Part shown: piece by piece, positions 7,672 through 16,009 of the stretch
How the letters are laid out: every line of letters begins with the position of its first letter
Numbering within the stretch: the first letter of the stretch is position 1
Program-made: the position numbers and the translations under genes
Notes under the pieces: generated by a model
What the model saw: only the letters and a program-made list of their open reading frames with translations
Databases searched by the model: none
What the model was told of the DNA's origin: nothing
NCBI GenBank assembly: GCA_050250935.1
Contig: JBFWNS010000002.1
Location: forward strand, 134,433 to 198,432
Source of the DNA: Candidatus Margulisiibacteriota bacterium
GTDB taxonomy: Bacteria; Margulisbacteria; Marinamargulisbacteria; JBFWNS01
Direction: 5' to 3'
DNA: 64,000 nt

Positions 7672-9660
7672 CTACTCGACTTTAACCGGCAGGATAACAA
7701 ACGGGATACCCCGTCTGTACAGGTTGCGTTGAATCGACAACACCATGGAATTGTGGAGCCACTGGGTTAAGAAGGTATCTTCTGGAAAAACCAATTTTCC
7801 GCCAAAGAAAACCGCATTGGGAAACCGCTTGATGATGTGATCGGAGATCTTTGTCATTTCGTCGGCCACATCCACGGCCATCACGCTGATGCCTTCTGCA
7901 TAGTACCCAAACTGCTGGGACAATTCGACATAGCGGTTGACTTCTTTGCCAGATTTGGTTTGGAGGCGTTCCAGTTCTTCGAATCCTTTGAACACCCCAG
8001 CATCAATCAAACTCACCTGAACAAAAATAATATTTTTGAACACCCCACTAAACAAATTGCCAATGCTTCGAAGTGTGTAGAGCCCTAGGCCGGAAAATCC
8101 ATTCACAAACAACACTGCCGTTTTGGCTTGGGTATCGCAAGGCAAAGGAGCACCAACATTCACGGTTGGAATAAAATCGGGCAAATTCGAAGCTGCGATT
8201 ACCTTATCCAGTTTCTTAAGCAATAAAGCAGTGCCCAAATAGTGGCGTTTAATCAGCAACACAAACACAATTAAAAGTCCGGTTACAAACAGGGTAATCC
8301 AGCCCCCATCATGGAACTTAAGAACAATCATGGAAACCAAAATAAAACTGGAAAGGATTAAGCCAACACCACTCAGCAGAATCTTGGATTTCCAGCGTTT
8401 CACTTTAAACCGGCTCTCCCACCAGTGTTTGGTCATCCCTCCCAAAGACAAGACAAAGGTTAAAAACACATTGATGCTATACAAGACCACCAAAAAGCCG
8501 ACTTCGCCACGGGTTAAAAACATCGTCACGATGGCGGCGGCGCCCATAATCAGGATGCCGTTTTGGGTGATGAGTCGGTCGCTGAGCATGGCAAACTTGG
8601 TGGGAAACCAGCGGTCGATGGCCATGTTTGCAATAACCCGAGGACCGTCGATAAAACCCGTTTGGGCGGCCACGAACAAAATGGCAACTTCAGAAACCAG
8701 TGTGGTTAAGAAAAAGGCATAGCCCCAATGGGCCGGCCACCCTTGGGTGACGTTTTCCAACAAAATGGCGTTGAGGGTTTTTCCATAAGCCGGGGAGACA
8801 TTGAAAAAGATGTAGGCCAACAACAGTCCCATCACCATAAACGACAGAGAGGCAGCCATATATTGCATGGTTCTACGGGCTGTTTTGACCCGGGGCTCGC
8901 GAAGAATCGACACCCCATTGCTGACGGCTTCGATTCCGGTATAAGTTCCAGCACCCATGCTGTAGGCTTTTAACAACATCAAGAAGGTTCCCAACAAGCC
9001 CACCGAAGCCCGGGTTGCCGATACATCGGCGGCTGTGGCATGCACCATGGCCGGAATGTTACCCAAATGCCCAAACAGGGCGTAAAGAATCACAAACGTG
9101 TGGGTCAGTACAAAGACAATAAAAACTGGCACCAAAGGTACTACCGATTCTTTGGCCCCTCTTAAGTTCAGAATCGAGAGCAGCAACACCCCAAAAACAG
9201 CAAAAGCCAGCTTGTAGTGATACAAATGCGCCGGCAAAAAGCTAAAAACCGCATCGGCACCACTGGCCACCGAAATGGTGATGGTTAGCACATAGTCGAT
9301 AATCAGGGCGCACCCAGAAATCATGCCCATGGTTGGGGACAAGAGTCGGCTGGCTACCAGATACCCACCGCCGCCCGAGGGAAAGAGCTCGATGATTTGG
9401 TTGTAGCAAGAACTAATCACAAAAATGGTCAAGACAGAAGCTAGGCCCACAAAAATGGCCAGATAGGGATGTTGATGCAAGGTCATGAAGGCCTCTGCAG
9501 GACCGTATACCGAGGAAGACAATCCATCGGCACCTAGCCCAACCCAGGCAAAAAAGGCAATCAAAGACAGATGGTGAAAGGTTTGTTGATCGAAAGGATT
9601 ACGGGCTTTGCCGACAACCAAACGCTTCAGAGCTTGAAAAAAACGTGTCATAACTTCCAT
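7672..9660 (-). CDS. APC-superfamily permease, KimA-like (possible K+ or amino-acid transporter)
   Basis: About 12 TM segments; ADGLSSSVYG, PSGGGGY and TGIEAVSNG motifs; soluble C-terminal domain. Confidence 0.8.
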   Translation of the reverse strand: MEVMTRFFQALKRLVVGKARNPFDQQTFHHLSLIAFFAWVGLGADGLSSSVYGPAEAFMTLHQHPYLAIFVGLASVLTIFVISSCYNQIIELFPSGGGGYLVASRLLSPTMGMISGCALIIDYVLTITISVASGADAVFSFLPAHLYHYKLAFAVFGVLLLSILNLRGAKESVVPLVPVFIVFVLTHTFVILYALFGHLGNIPAMVHATAADVSATRASVGLLGTFLMLLKAYSMGAGTYTGIEAVSNGVSILREPRVKTARRTMQYMAASLSFMVMGLLLAYIFFNVSPAYGKTLNAILLENVTQGWPAHWGYAFFLTTLVSEVAILFVAAQTGFIDGPRVIANMAIDRWFPTKFAMLSDRLITQNGILIMGAAAIVTMFLTRGEVGFLVVLYSINVFLTFVLSLGGMTKHWWESRFKVKRWKSKILLSGVGLILSSFILVSMIVLKFHDGGWITLFVTGLLIVFVLLIKRHYLGTALLLKKLDKVIAASNLPDFIPTVNVGAPLPCDTQAKTAVLFVNGFSGLGLYTLRSIGNLFSGVFKNIIFVQVSLIDAGVFKGFEELERLQTKSGKEVNRYVELSQQFGYYAEGISVMAVDVADEMTKISDHIIKRFPNAVFFGGKLVFPEDTFLTQWLHNSMVLSIQRNLYRRGIPFVILPVKVE

Positions 9661-9872
9661 AATGGTTTTAGTCTGATGAGTTTACTAGGAAGGAAAGAGC
9701 ATGTCCAATCCGAAAAAACAGCCCTTGTACGCCATCAAGATCGAAGGGATTCGGGCCAGAATCCACGAAGAATTGGGACAAGTGAACCTAGCCGAATGGG
9801 ATCAGACGCTAAAACAAAGCGCCCACTGGAACACAGCGGTAAAGGGAAGTTTATTGGCCTCGAAACCCAGCA

Positions 9873-10121
9873 CTACAACAGGCGATAGATCAGGGTTTCC
9901 AGCAGATTTAGCGCAATAAAAGCAAAAATAGGCGACAAGTCCAAGCCCCCTACTTTTTCGGGACGAATGATGTTTCGAAAGGGGCTTAGTAGCGGTTCTG
10001 TAACTGTTTCAATGAACTCGGTGACGGGGTTATAGCGGTTGTGGGGAATCCAAGACAAAACCACCCGAATCACCAGGGCCAGATTTAAAATTTGAAAAAC
10101 AACATCGATGAATCGGTAAAT
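9873..10121 (-). CDS. yggT: YggT/YlmG family membrane protein (probable ATT start)
   Basis: IRVVLSW...TEPLLSPFR.II...GGLDLSPI motif. The frame extends upstream to an ATT located 6 nt after AGGAG. Confidence 0.85.
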   Translation of the reverse strand: MYRFIDVVFQILNLALVIRVVLSWIPHNRYNPVTEFIETVTEPLLSPFRNIIRPEKVGGLDLSPIFAFIALNLLETLIYRLL

Positions 10122-10152
10122 GAGACTCTCCTAGAAAATAATGGGCGTTAGC

Positions 10153-10920
10153 CTAAGATAAAGTAGACAGCTCTTGAGCTCGCCGGCATGCATTCACTAT
10201 AACAGCTTGAAAGTCTGGGTCAATATTGCGGTCGGCAAAGGTATTGAGACCGGCTTCTGTGGTTCCGCCAGGAGAAGCCACCTCGGCAACCAGGGCTTTT
10301 GGCGATGTTTCGCGGTTCAGCAAAACTGTTCCAGCCCCCACCATCGCTTGGGCAAAAAGGCGTCTGGCATCGGCTTCGGACAGCCCCATTTGGCACCCAG
10401 CTTGAATCGCAGATTCGGCCAAGCGATATAAAAAAGCAGGACCACTGCCCGACAAGGCGGTTACGGCATTCAATTCGTTTTCCGAAACGGTTACCACCTG
10501 CCCCACCCCCGAAAACAGCGCTGCTGCAACCGCTAAGGCTTGGGGACTGTCCCCAACCAGGCCCGTCATGCCTTGGCCATAGACCATGGGCAGATTGGGC
10601 ATGGCCCGAACAACCGCTTCGTGACCCTGCAAATCGTCACGCAGCCGCGAAAGGGGCAAGCCCGCCATCACACTGATGACCACGGTGTTTGCAGACACCT
10701 TTGGTTTTTGGGCAAGGCCCACCCATTGCTGGGGTTTGACGGCCAAGACCAAGGTCTCGCAAGCCAGGACTTGGTCTAGGGGTTTTAGCACGACACCAGC
10801 AGGCGCATCCACCAGGGGGCTGCGTTTGAAGACCCAAACAGGTCTGTCATCGCCAGCCATGCGGAGCCCCTGGACCAGGGCCCGGGCTATGTTTCCGAAT
10901 CCGAAAAAACCCAGGGCCAT
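10153..10920 (-). CDS. proC: Pyrroline-5-carboxylate reductase
   Basis: GFFGFGNIA, LAVKPQ, RAMPN, TALSGSGPAF and SPGGTT motifs; start set at ATG 10920. Confidence 0.95.
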   Translation of the reverse strand: MALGFFGFGNIARALVQGLRMAGDDRPVWVFKRSPLVDAPAGVVLKPLDQVLACETLVLAVKPQQWVGLAQKPKVSANTVVISVMAGLPLSRLRDDLQGHEAVVRAMPNLPMVYGQGMTGLVGDSPQALAVAAALFSGVGQVVTVSENELNAVTALSGSGPAFLYRLAESAIQAGCQMGLSEADARRLFAQAMVGAGTVLLNRETSPKALVAEVASPGGTTEAGLNTFADRNIDPDFQAVIVNACRRAQELSTLS

Positions 10921-10924
10921 TTGA

Positions 10925-11509
10925 TTAATTGGAAAAATCGACTTTAGGCGCTTCGGTGGCCGAGGATTCGGCTTTAAAAAATTCTTTGGGCTTAAATCCG
11001 CTAAACGATGCCACATAGTTTTTGGGAACTTGCCTTATCGTGGCATTGTAGAGCTCAACATTGTCGTTATAGCGCTTGCGTTCGACGGCAATACGATTTT
11101 CGGCACCGGCCAACTCGTCCATCAATCGGATAAATTGGGTATCGGCTTTAAGGTTGGGATAGTTTTCGGAAATCACCAGCAACCGAGAAATGGCAGAATC
11201 CAACCCTCGAGACGCGCGTACTTTGTCGTCTGTGGTTCTGGCGCCGGCCAATTTGGCCCGGGCTTCGGCAACGTTGCTAAACACCTTGTCTTCGTGCTTC
11301 GCATAGCCTTTGACGGTGTTCACCAAGTTGGGGATCAGGTCATAGCGGCGTTGCAATTGGTTTTCAACTTGGGCCCAGGAGGCATCCACACTGGTTTCCA
11401 TGGTGATGAAACTGTTTTTGACCGATACATACCACATGCCACCGACCACAATAAGGGCCAAAAGGGACAGCCCAAACACTTTTACAGGGTTAAACGGTTT
11501 TTTATCCAT
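10925..11509 (-). CDS. lemA: LemA family protein
   Basis: WAQVENQLQRRYDLIPNLV, ENYPNLKA and ENRIAVERKRYN motifs. Confidence 0.95.
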   Translation of the reverse strand: MDKKPFNPVKVFGLSLLALIVVGGMWYVSVKNSFITMETSVDASWAQVENQLQRRYDLIPNLVNTVKGYAKHEDKVFSNVAEARAKLAGARTTDDKVRASRGLDSAISRLLVISENYPNLKADTQFIRLMDELAGAENRIAVERKRYNDNVELYNATIRQVPKNYVASFSGFKPKEFFKAESSATEAPKVDFSN

Positions 11510-11575
11510 GACTTTTATTTCTCCTTTGAAAATGCGCTGATTTAGATCTGTTATTATTTCAATGTCGGTCTAAAA

Positions 11576-12319
11576 TTACCAGCCCCCGCTGGCCCCTCCC
11601 CCACCGGAACGACCCCCACCAAAGCCACCAAATCCACCGCCATCCGAGTCGGATCGGCTGGATCCTCGTCCCAGGCCAGACATCAGTAAAAACAAAGGCA
11701 GGCTTGGGAATCGCCAACACAAAAAAACAAAGGCAATGACGCCCAAAACAATCAAGATCTGGCCGCCAAGACCCATCGGTTCTTGAGCCTTCCCTTTTGG
11801 GTGAACCACCTGGGTTGTCTGAACCGACAGCGAAACCCCGTTGGCTTTGGCCAACACTTGGGTCAAACTTGCATGGCCATTCAAAACCCCTTCGGAAAAT
11901 CGCCCGGCCTTTAGGTAGGGGTTGACTTGATCCCGCAAAATATCCCCGGCTTTGGCATCGTTGAGAATCCCTTCCAGGCCATAGCCCACTTCGATGCGGT
12001 CTTTTCGTTCCTTAACAGCAATCAAAAAGAGAATGCCATTGTCTTTGCCCTTTTGGCCCATTTTATACTGCTCGAAAATCCGAATGGCGGCCTCTTCGAT
12101 GCTGTCTTCGCCCAGACTTGGAATGACAACCGTGGCCACCTGAATGCCAGTTTTGGCTTCCAACTGGGTGGATAAACTTTCCATGATGGCTTTGTCTTTG
12201 GCCCCCACCAACCCGGTTAGGTCGGTGACATAGCCTTGGGGAACCGGGAGTTTTGGTGTGGCCAAGACACTGGATCCAACACACAACACAGTCAGTAGGA
12301 TTAGAAGATATTTTTTCAT
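11576..12319 (-). CDS. TPM domain protein (YgcG-like)
   Basis: GQKGKDNGILFLIA..ERKDRIEVGYGLEG; Gly-rich tail GGFGGGRSGGGGASGGW; adjacent to lemA. Confidence 0.92.
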   Translation of the reverse strand: MKKYLLILLTVLCVGSSVLATPKLPVPQGYVTDLTGLVGAKDKAIMESLSTQLEAKTGIQVATVVIPSLGEDSIEEAAIRIFEQYKMGQKGKDNGILFLIAVKERKDRIEVGYGLEGILNDAKAGDILRDQVNPYLKAGRFSEGVLNGHASLTQVLAKANGVSLSVQTTQVVHPKGKAQEPMGLGGQILIVLGVIAFVFLCWRFPSLPLFLLMSGLGRGSSRSDSDGGGFGGFGGGRSGGGGASGGW

Positions 12320-12331
12320 ATACTTTAGCGT

Positions 12332-12502
12332 CTAGGACCGTCGCAACGTGGGATTCCAATGCGTAAACCCGCCCACATCGGGTTTGTTGTCGCACTCGCA
12401 AACGCCGCCCCGGGCGAGGCGGTCGCTGTATTTGGATCGGTTTTCGTAAGGGTTGCCGCAGGTGGGGCAAACACGGTCGTCTGAACTGGAAGAACCTCGC
12501 AT
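12332..12502 (-). CDS. Possible small Cys-motif protein (56 aa)
   Basis: ATG 4 nt after the agmatinase stop; fills the gap to the TPM gene; CPTC and CEC motifs. Confidence 0.35.
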   Translation of the reverse strand: MRGSSSSDDRVCPTCGNPYENRSKYSDRLARGGVCECDNKPDVGGFTHWNPTLRRS

Positions 12503-12506
12503 CGCT

Positions 12507-13553
12507 TTAGCCTTTGTTGGATAAAAGTTGATAGCCGCACAAGGCGTACAAAACCCGGGCGCCGACATTGGCATCCCAAGGGTCTTGTCCGGGGCTGACC
12601 TCGACCAGGTCGAAGCCAATGAATTGTCGATTGGATTGGACAATTTGTTGCAACAAATAGGTGATTTCTTCGAGCTGGAAGCCGCCAGGAACTGGGGTTC
12701 CGGTGTTGGGACACAAAGCAGGGTGCAGGCCATCAATATCAAAACTGATGTAGATTTTTTGAGGCAGGGTGGCGATGATGTCTTGGCAAAGTTGGTGCCA
12801 AGATTTTCCTTTAAATTGGGCTTCTTTGAGGGCTTTATCGGTGAAAACTTGGACCCTGGAATCGGTGTTGGCCAGTTCCAATTCGGCTTCGCAATAGTCG
12901 CGAATTCCCACTTGAACCAAGCGGGTGATGGCTGAGATCTTGAGGGCGTTGGTCATGATAGAGGCATGGGAATAGGTGAAGCCTTCGTAGGCATCCCGCA
13001 GGTCCATGTGGGCATCGATTTGGAGAATGCCAAAATCGTTATGACGATCGGCCAAGGCTTCCAAAAAGCCCAAGGAAACACTGTGGTCTCCGCCCAACAA
13101 GCCCACCAACTTGCCTTTGGCCAACCACAATTCGGCCTCTTCTTTGACCCCGGCATGCAAGGCGGCACAAGCTTGGTTGATTTGGTCCAATTGCTCGGCC
13201 AATTCGGGGCTTTCGGCGATGATCTCGCCATCGACTTGGGCTTGGATGAGGCGTTCGGCAATGGGACGCAGTCGATCGGAATTGGCCCGCCATTCGGCTG
13301 GGGGATCGATCCAGGCAATACCAGACTGCCAGGCAGTTGGGAAATCGGGATGATACAAATCGACTTGCAAGGACGCTTCGGCCACGACCTCGGGGCCATT
13401 GGCTGTGCCGCCGCCATAGCTGGTGGTGACTTCCCAGGGTACGGGAATGACCACCATTTGGGCTTCTTCGGGGGTAAAAGGAAGACCAAAAAGCCCGTTA
13501 TCGGCCTGCCCCACACTGTTCGGATCAAAGTTGGTTATTTTTTCATTTGTCAT
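12507..13553 (-). CDS. speB: Agmatinase/arginase family ureohydrolase
   Basis: GGDHS, DAHMD, SFDIDGL and TGTPVPGG metal-binding motifs. Confidence 0.9.
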   Translation of the reverse strand: MTNEKITNFDPNSVGQADNGLFGLPFTPEEAQMVVIPVPWEVTTSYGGGTANGPEVVAEASLQVDLYHPDFPTAWQSGIAWIDPPAEWRANSDRLRPIAERLIQAQVDGEIIAESPELAEQLDQINQACAALHAGVKEEAELWLAKGKLVGLLGGDHSVSLGFLEALADRHNDFGILQIDAHMDLRDAYEGFTYSHASIMTNALKISAITRLVQVGIRDYCEAELELANTDSRVQVFTDKALKEAQFKGKSWHQLCQDIIATLPQKIYISFDIDGLHPALCPNTGTPVPGGFQLEEITYLLQQIVQSNRQFIGFDLVEVSPGQDPWDANVGARVLYALCGYQLLSNKG

Positions 13554-13575
13554 AAGTGTGGAATAATACCAGACC

Positions 13576-14898
13576 ATGATGAACACTGCAAAAATACGCG
13601 ATATTGGAATTCACGGCGAAGGCATCGGCGATTGGGAGGGGTTGACGGTGTTTATTCCGGGGGCTTTACCCGGCGAAACCGTGGCTTTTTCCCCCAAGGT
13701 AAAAAAAACCAAGTATGCCACCGGAACCCTAAAAACAGTAATAGAACCTTCTGCCGACCGCCGCGAGCCGCTTTGCGACTTGTTTGGGCGTTGTGGGGGG
13801 TGTCAGTTACAACATTTGGCCGATCCTGCCCAAGCGGCCTGGAAAACCAACCACGTTAAAGCCGCTTTAGAACGAATTGGGGGATTTGAAGCCCCTGTGG
13901 TTCATCCGATTTTAACCGGATCGCCCTGGCACTATCGCAACAAGGCCCAAATTCCAGTTTATTCGACGGGCATGGGCTTTTTTGCAGCCAATAGCCACAG
14001 CGTGGTGGACATGACCACCTGCCCCATTCAAAACGACACCATCAACACAACCTGGAAAGCCGTTCGGCGCGCCATTATTGACCACGCCATTCCGGTCTAC
14101 GACGAAGCCACCCACAAAGGGGTGTTGCGGCATGTGATTATCCGGGTGTCCCTGTCCAGCGGCGCGGTGATGGTGGGCTTTGTCGGCCTTTCCCCCACCC
14201 CACCCAAGGCCGTGACTTTAGCAGCCAAACAGGTGGCCAAGCAGGGCGTAACCTCGGTGATCTACAACCACAATCCCGCCAAAGGGAATACCATTTTGGG
14301 CCCCAGCAACCGGGTTTTGGTGGGCAGTCACACCTTGTCGGACGAGCTGCTGGGCATTGCCTATCAATTCGACTTACATTCGTTTGTTCAGGTCAACACC
14401 CCTCAGACCGAGGTGCTGTATCAAACGGTGCTTAAAGCGGCGGCCTTGTCAGGCACCGAAACCGTGTGGGATGTGTATTCTGGCATTGGGATTTTGACCT
14501 TGCTTCTGGCCAAAAACGCCAAGCAGGTGACCGGTATCGAATCGATTTCCCAAACCGTTGAAAACGCCAAGGCCAATGCGGCCTTAAATGGGGTCACGAC
14601 TGTGGATTTTCAAGCCGGGGCTGCCGAAAACCTGTTGCCAGAACTGCCCGGCACCGTGGATGTGATTGTGGTCGATCCCCCGCGAAAAGGCTGTGAAGCG
14701 CCGGTTCTGGAGGCCATTGGCCGCAGCACTGCCCATACCCTGGTCTATGTATCTTGCGACCCCGGCACCTTGGCCCGAGACCTTAAACAGCTGAGAACCC
14801 ATGGGTTTGTCTTGGAATGGGTTCAGCCCATCGATTTGTTTGCCCAGACCATTCATGTGGAAAGCGTATGCAAACTCTCCCGACCAAAGCCGATTTAA
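13576..14898 (+). CDS. rlmD: 23S rRNA m5U1939 methyltransferase
   Basis: TRAM domain; CGGCQLQH Fe-S motif; FVQVN, VDPPRKG, YVSCDPGTLARD and HVE motifs. Confidence 0.93.
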   Translation: MMNTAKIRDIGIHGEGIGDWEGLTVFIPGALPGETVAFSPKVKKTKYATGTLKTVIEPSADRREPLCDLFGRCGGCQLQHLADPAQAAWKTNHVKAALERIGGFEAPVVHPILTGSPWHYRNKAQIPVYSTGMGFFAANSHSVVDMTTCPIQNDTINTTWKAVRRAIIDHAIPVYDEATHKGVLRHVIIRVSLSSGAVMVGFVGLSPTPPKAVTLAAKQVAKQGVTSVIYNHNPAKGNTILGPSNRVLVGSHTLSDELLGIAYQFDLHSFVQVNTPQTEVLYQTVLKAAALSGTETVWDVYSGIGILTLLLAKNAKQVTGIESISQTVENAKANAALNGVTTVDFQAGAAENLLPELPGTVDVIVVDPPRKGCEAPVLEAIGRSTAHTLVYVSCDPGTLARDLKQLRTHGFVLEWVQPIDLFAQTIHVESVCKLSRPKPI

Positions 14899-15428
14899 GA
14901 CGCCAATTTCGGCAAAAACGACGCCAAATGACACCCGCCGATGTTCAAGCTGGGTCTGCACGATTATGTGCCCAGTTGGCCGCTTATGTTGACGCCGCAA
15001 CCGTGATTGCAGGTTATTTGCCTTTTGACAACGAGCCCGACTTGACGCCTTTGCTTAAACAAGCTCTTGCAGCAGGAAAAACCCTGCTTTTACCCCGACA
15101 CGTTGGTGAATGGTATGATCTGGTTCAACTTCATACCTTTGAAAGCGACATCGAAATGGGCCCTTTTGGGATTCCCCACCCCAAAACAACAACGCTGGCA
15201 ACCCAAACCCCAGATTTGTGGCTGGTGCCTGGATTAGCCTTTGATGCAAACGGCTATCGTCTGGGATTGGGCAAAGGGGTTTATGACCGGCTTTTACACA
15301 ACGCCCCAGGCTTGAAAGTGGGAGTTGCTTATGAGTGGCAACGGGTTCCCGCCCTCCCCCACGATGACTGGGATGTGACGCTAGACCAGGTTGCGCCTTT
15401 CCTATGCCGCAGAAACACAGTTATTTGA
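14868..15428 (+). CDS. 5-formyltetrahydrofolate cyclo-ligase
   Basis: KADLRR start; VPGLAFD..GYRLGLGKGVYDR and PHDDWDV motifs. Confidence 0.92.
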   Translation: MQTLPTKADLRRQFRQKRRQMTPADVQAGSARLCAQLAAYVDAATVIAGYLPFDNEPDLTPLLKQALAAGKTLLLPRHVGEWYDLVQLHTFESDIEMGPFGIPHPKTTTLATQTPDLWLVPGLAFDANGYRLGLGKGVYDRLLHNAPGLKVGVAYEWQRVPALPHDDWDVTLDQVAPFLCRRNTVI

Positions 15429-15989
15429 ATAAACTGCTAAAAGGGCTTGTACCATTTGATTTTGAGCAAGAACTTGTCTTTGTAAGCTTGGTGTACCTTT
15501 GTCGTCCATAAACTGAACGACCTTAGCGGCAATGTGTTCCCACACACCTTCTTGGGTTACAGTTGCTAACCGTTGCAGGAATCCTCTTTGTTCTTGACCT
15601 AAATCACAATAGCGGAATAGGCCATCAATTAGGGTTTGTGCCGTGGTACTAGGCAGGGCATTTAACAGGGCTACAAACCGATTAGCTGGATCAGCCTGCT
15701 TGCTCATAACGTACTGTTTCAAAAGCGCCTGAACAGTGGGGGTGTTTGCCAATGTTTCTTTTTGAGCCTGGGTGGTGGTGTCCGCTTGCATAAAGGCTAT
15801 TAACTGGGGAGTAACCTGTTGCAAAACAAAAGGGTGGTCTATTTCAGAAAAATTCTGAAAAGCCTTGGTTTTTTCATCGCCATTAAAGTTCCTTAAAAAA
15901 TAAGACCAATCAAAACTGAGATACAGTGGACTGCCAAAACCCGGAACTTCATTTAAGGTTTTTTTAAGTGGAATATATTTTTTATGCAT
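15402..15989 (-). CDS. Hypothetical protein, paralogue of the helical repeat in 16010-17842
   Basis: Shares AQTLIDG...LA.VTQ.GVWEHIAAK and VQALLK.Y with the neighbouring ORF. Confidence 0.75.
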   Translation of the reverse strand: MHKKYIPLKKTLNEVPGFGSPLYLSFDWSYFLRNFNGDEKTKAFQNFSEIDHPFVLQQVTPQLIAFMQADTTTQAQKETLANTPTVQALLKQYVMSKQADPANRFVALLNALPSTTAQTLIDGLFRYCDLGQEQRGFLQRLATVTQEGVWEHIAAKVVQFMDDKGTPSLQRQVLAQNQMVQALLAVYSNNCVSAA

Positions 15990-16009
15990 GGTTTTGAATC
16001 TGTGTATTA

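Noticed and set aside
9701..9919. 72-aa plus-strand ORF with a purine-rich upstream region
   Set aside because: No recognisable motif and it overlaps the yggT 3' end by 47 nt. It could be real but is not supportable from sequence alone.
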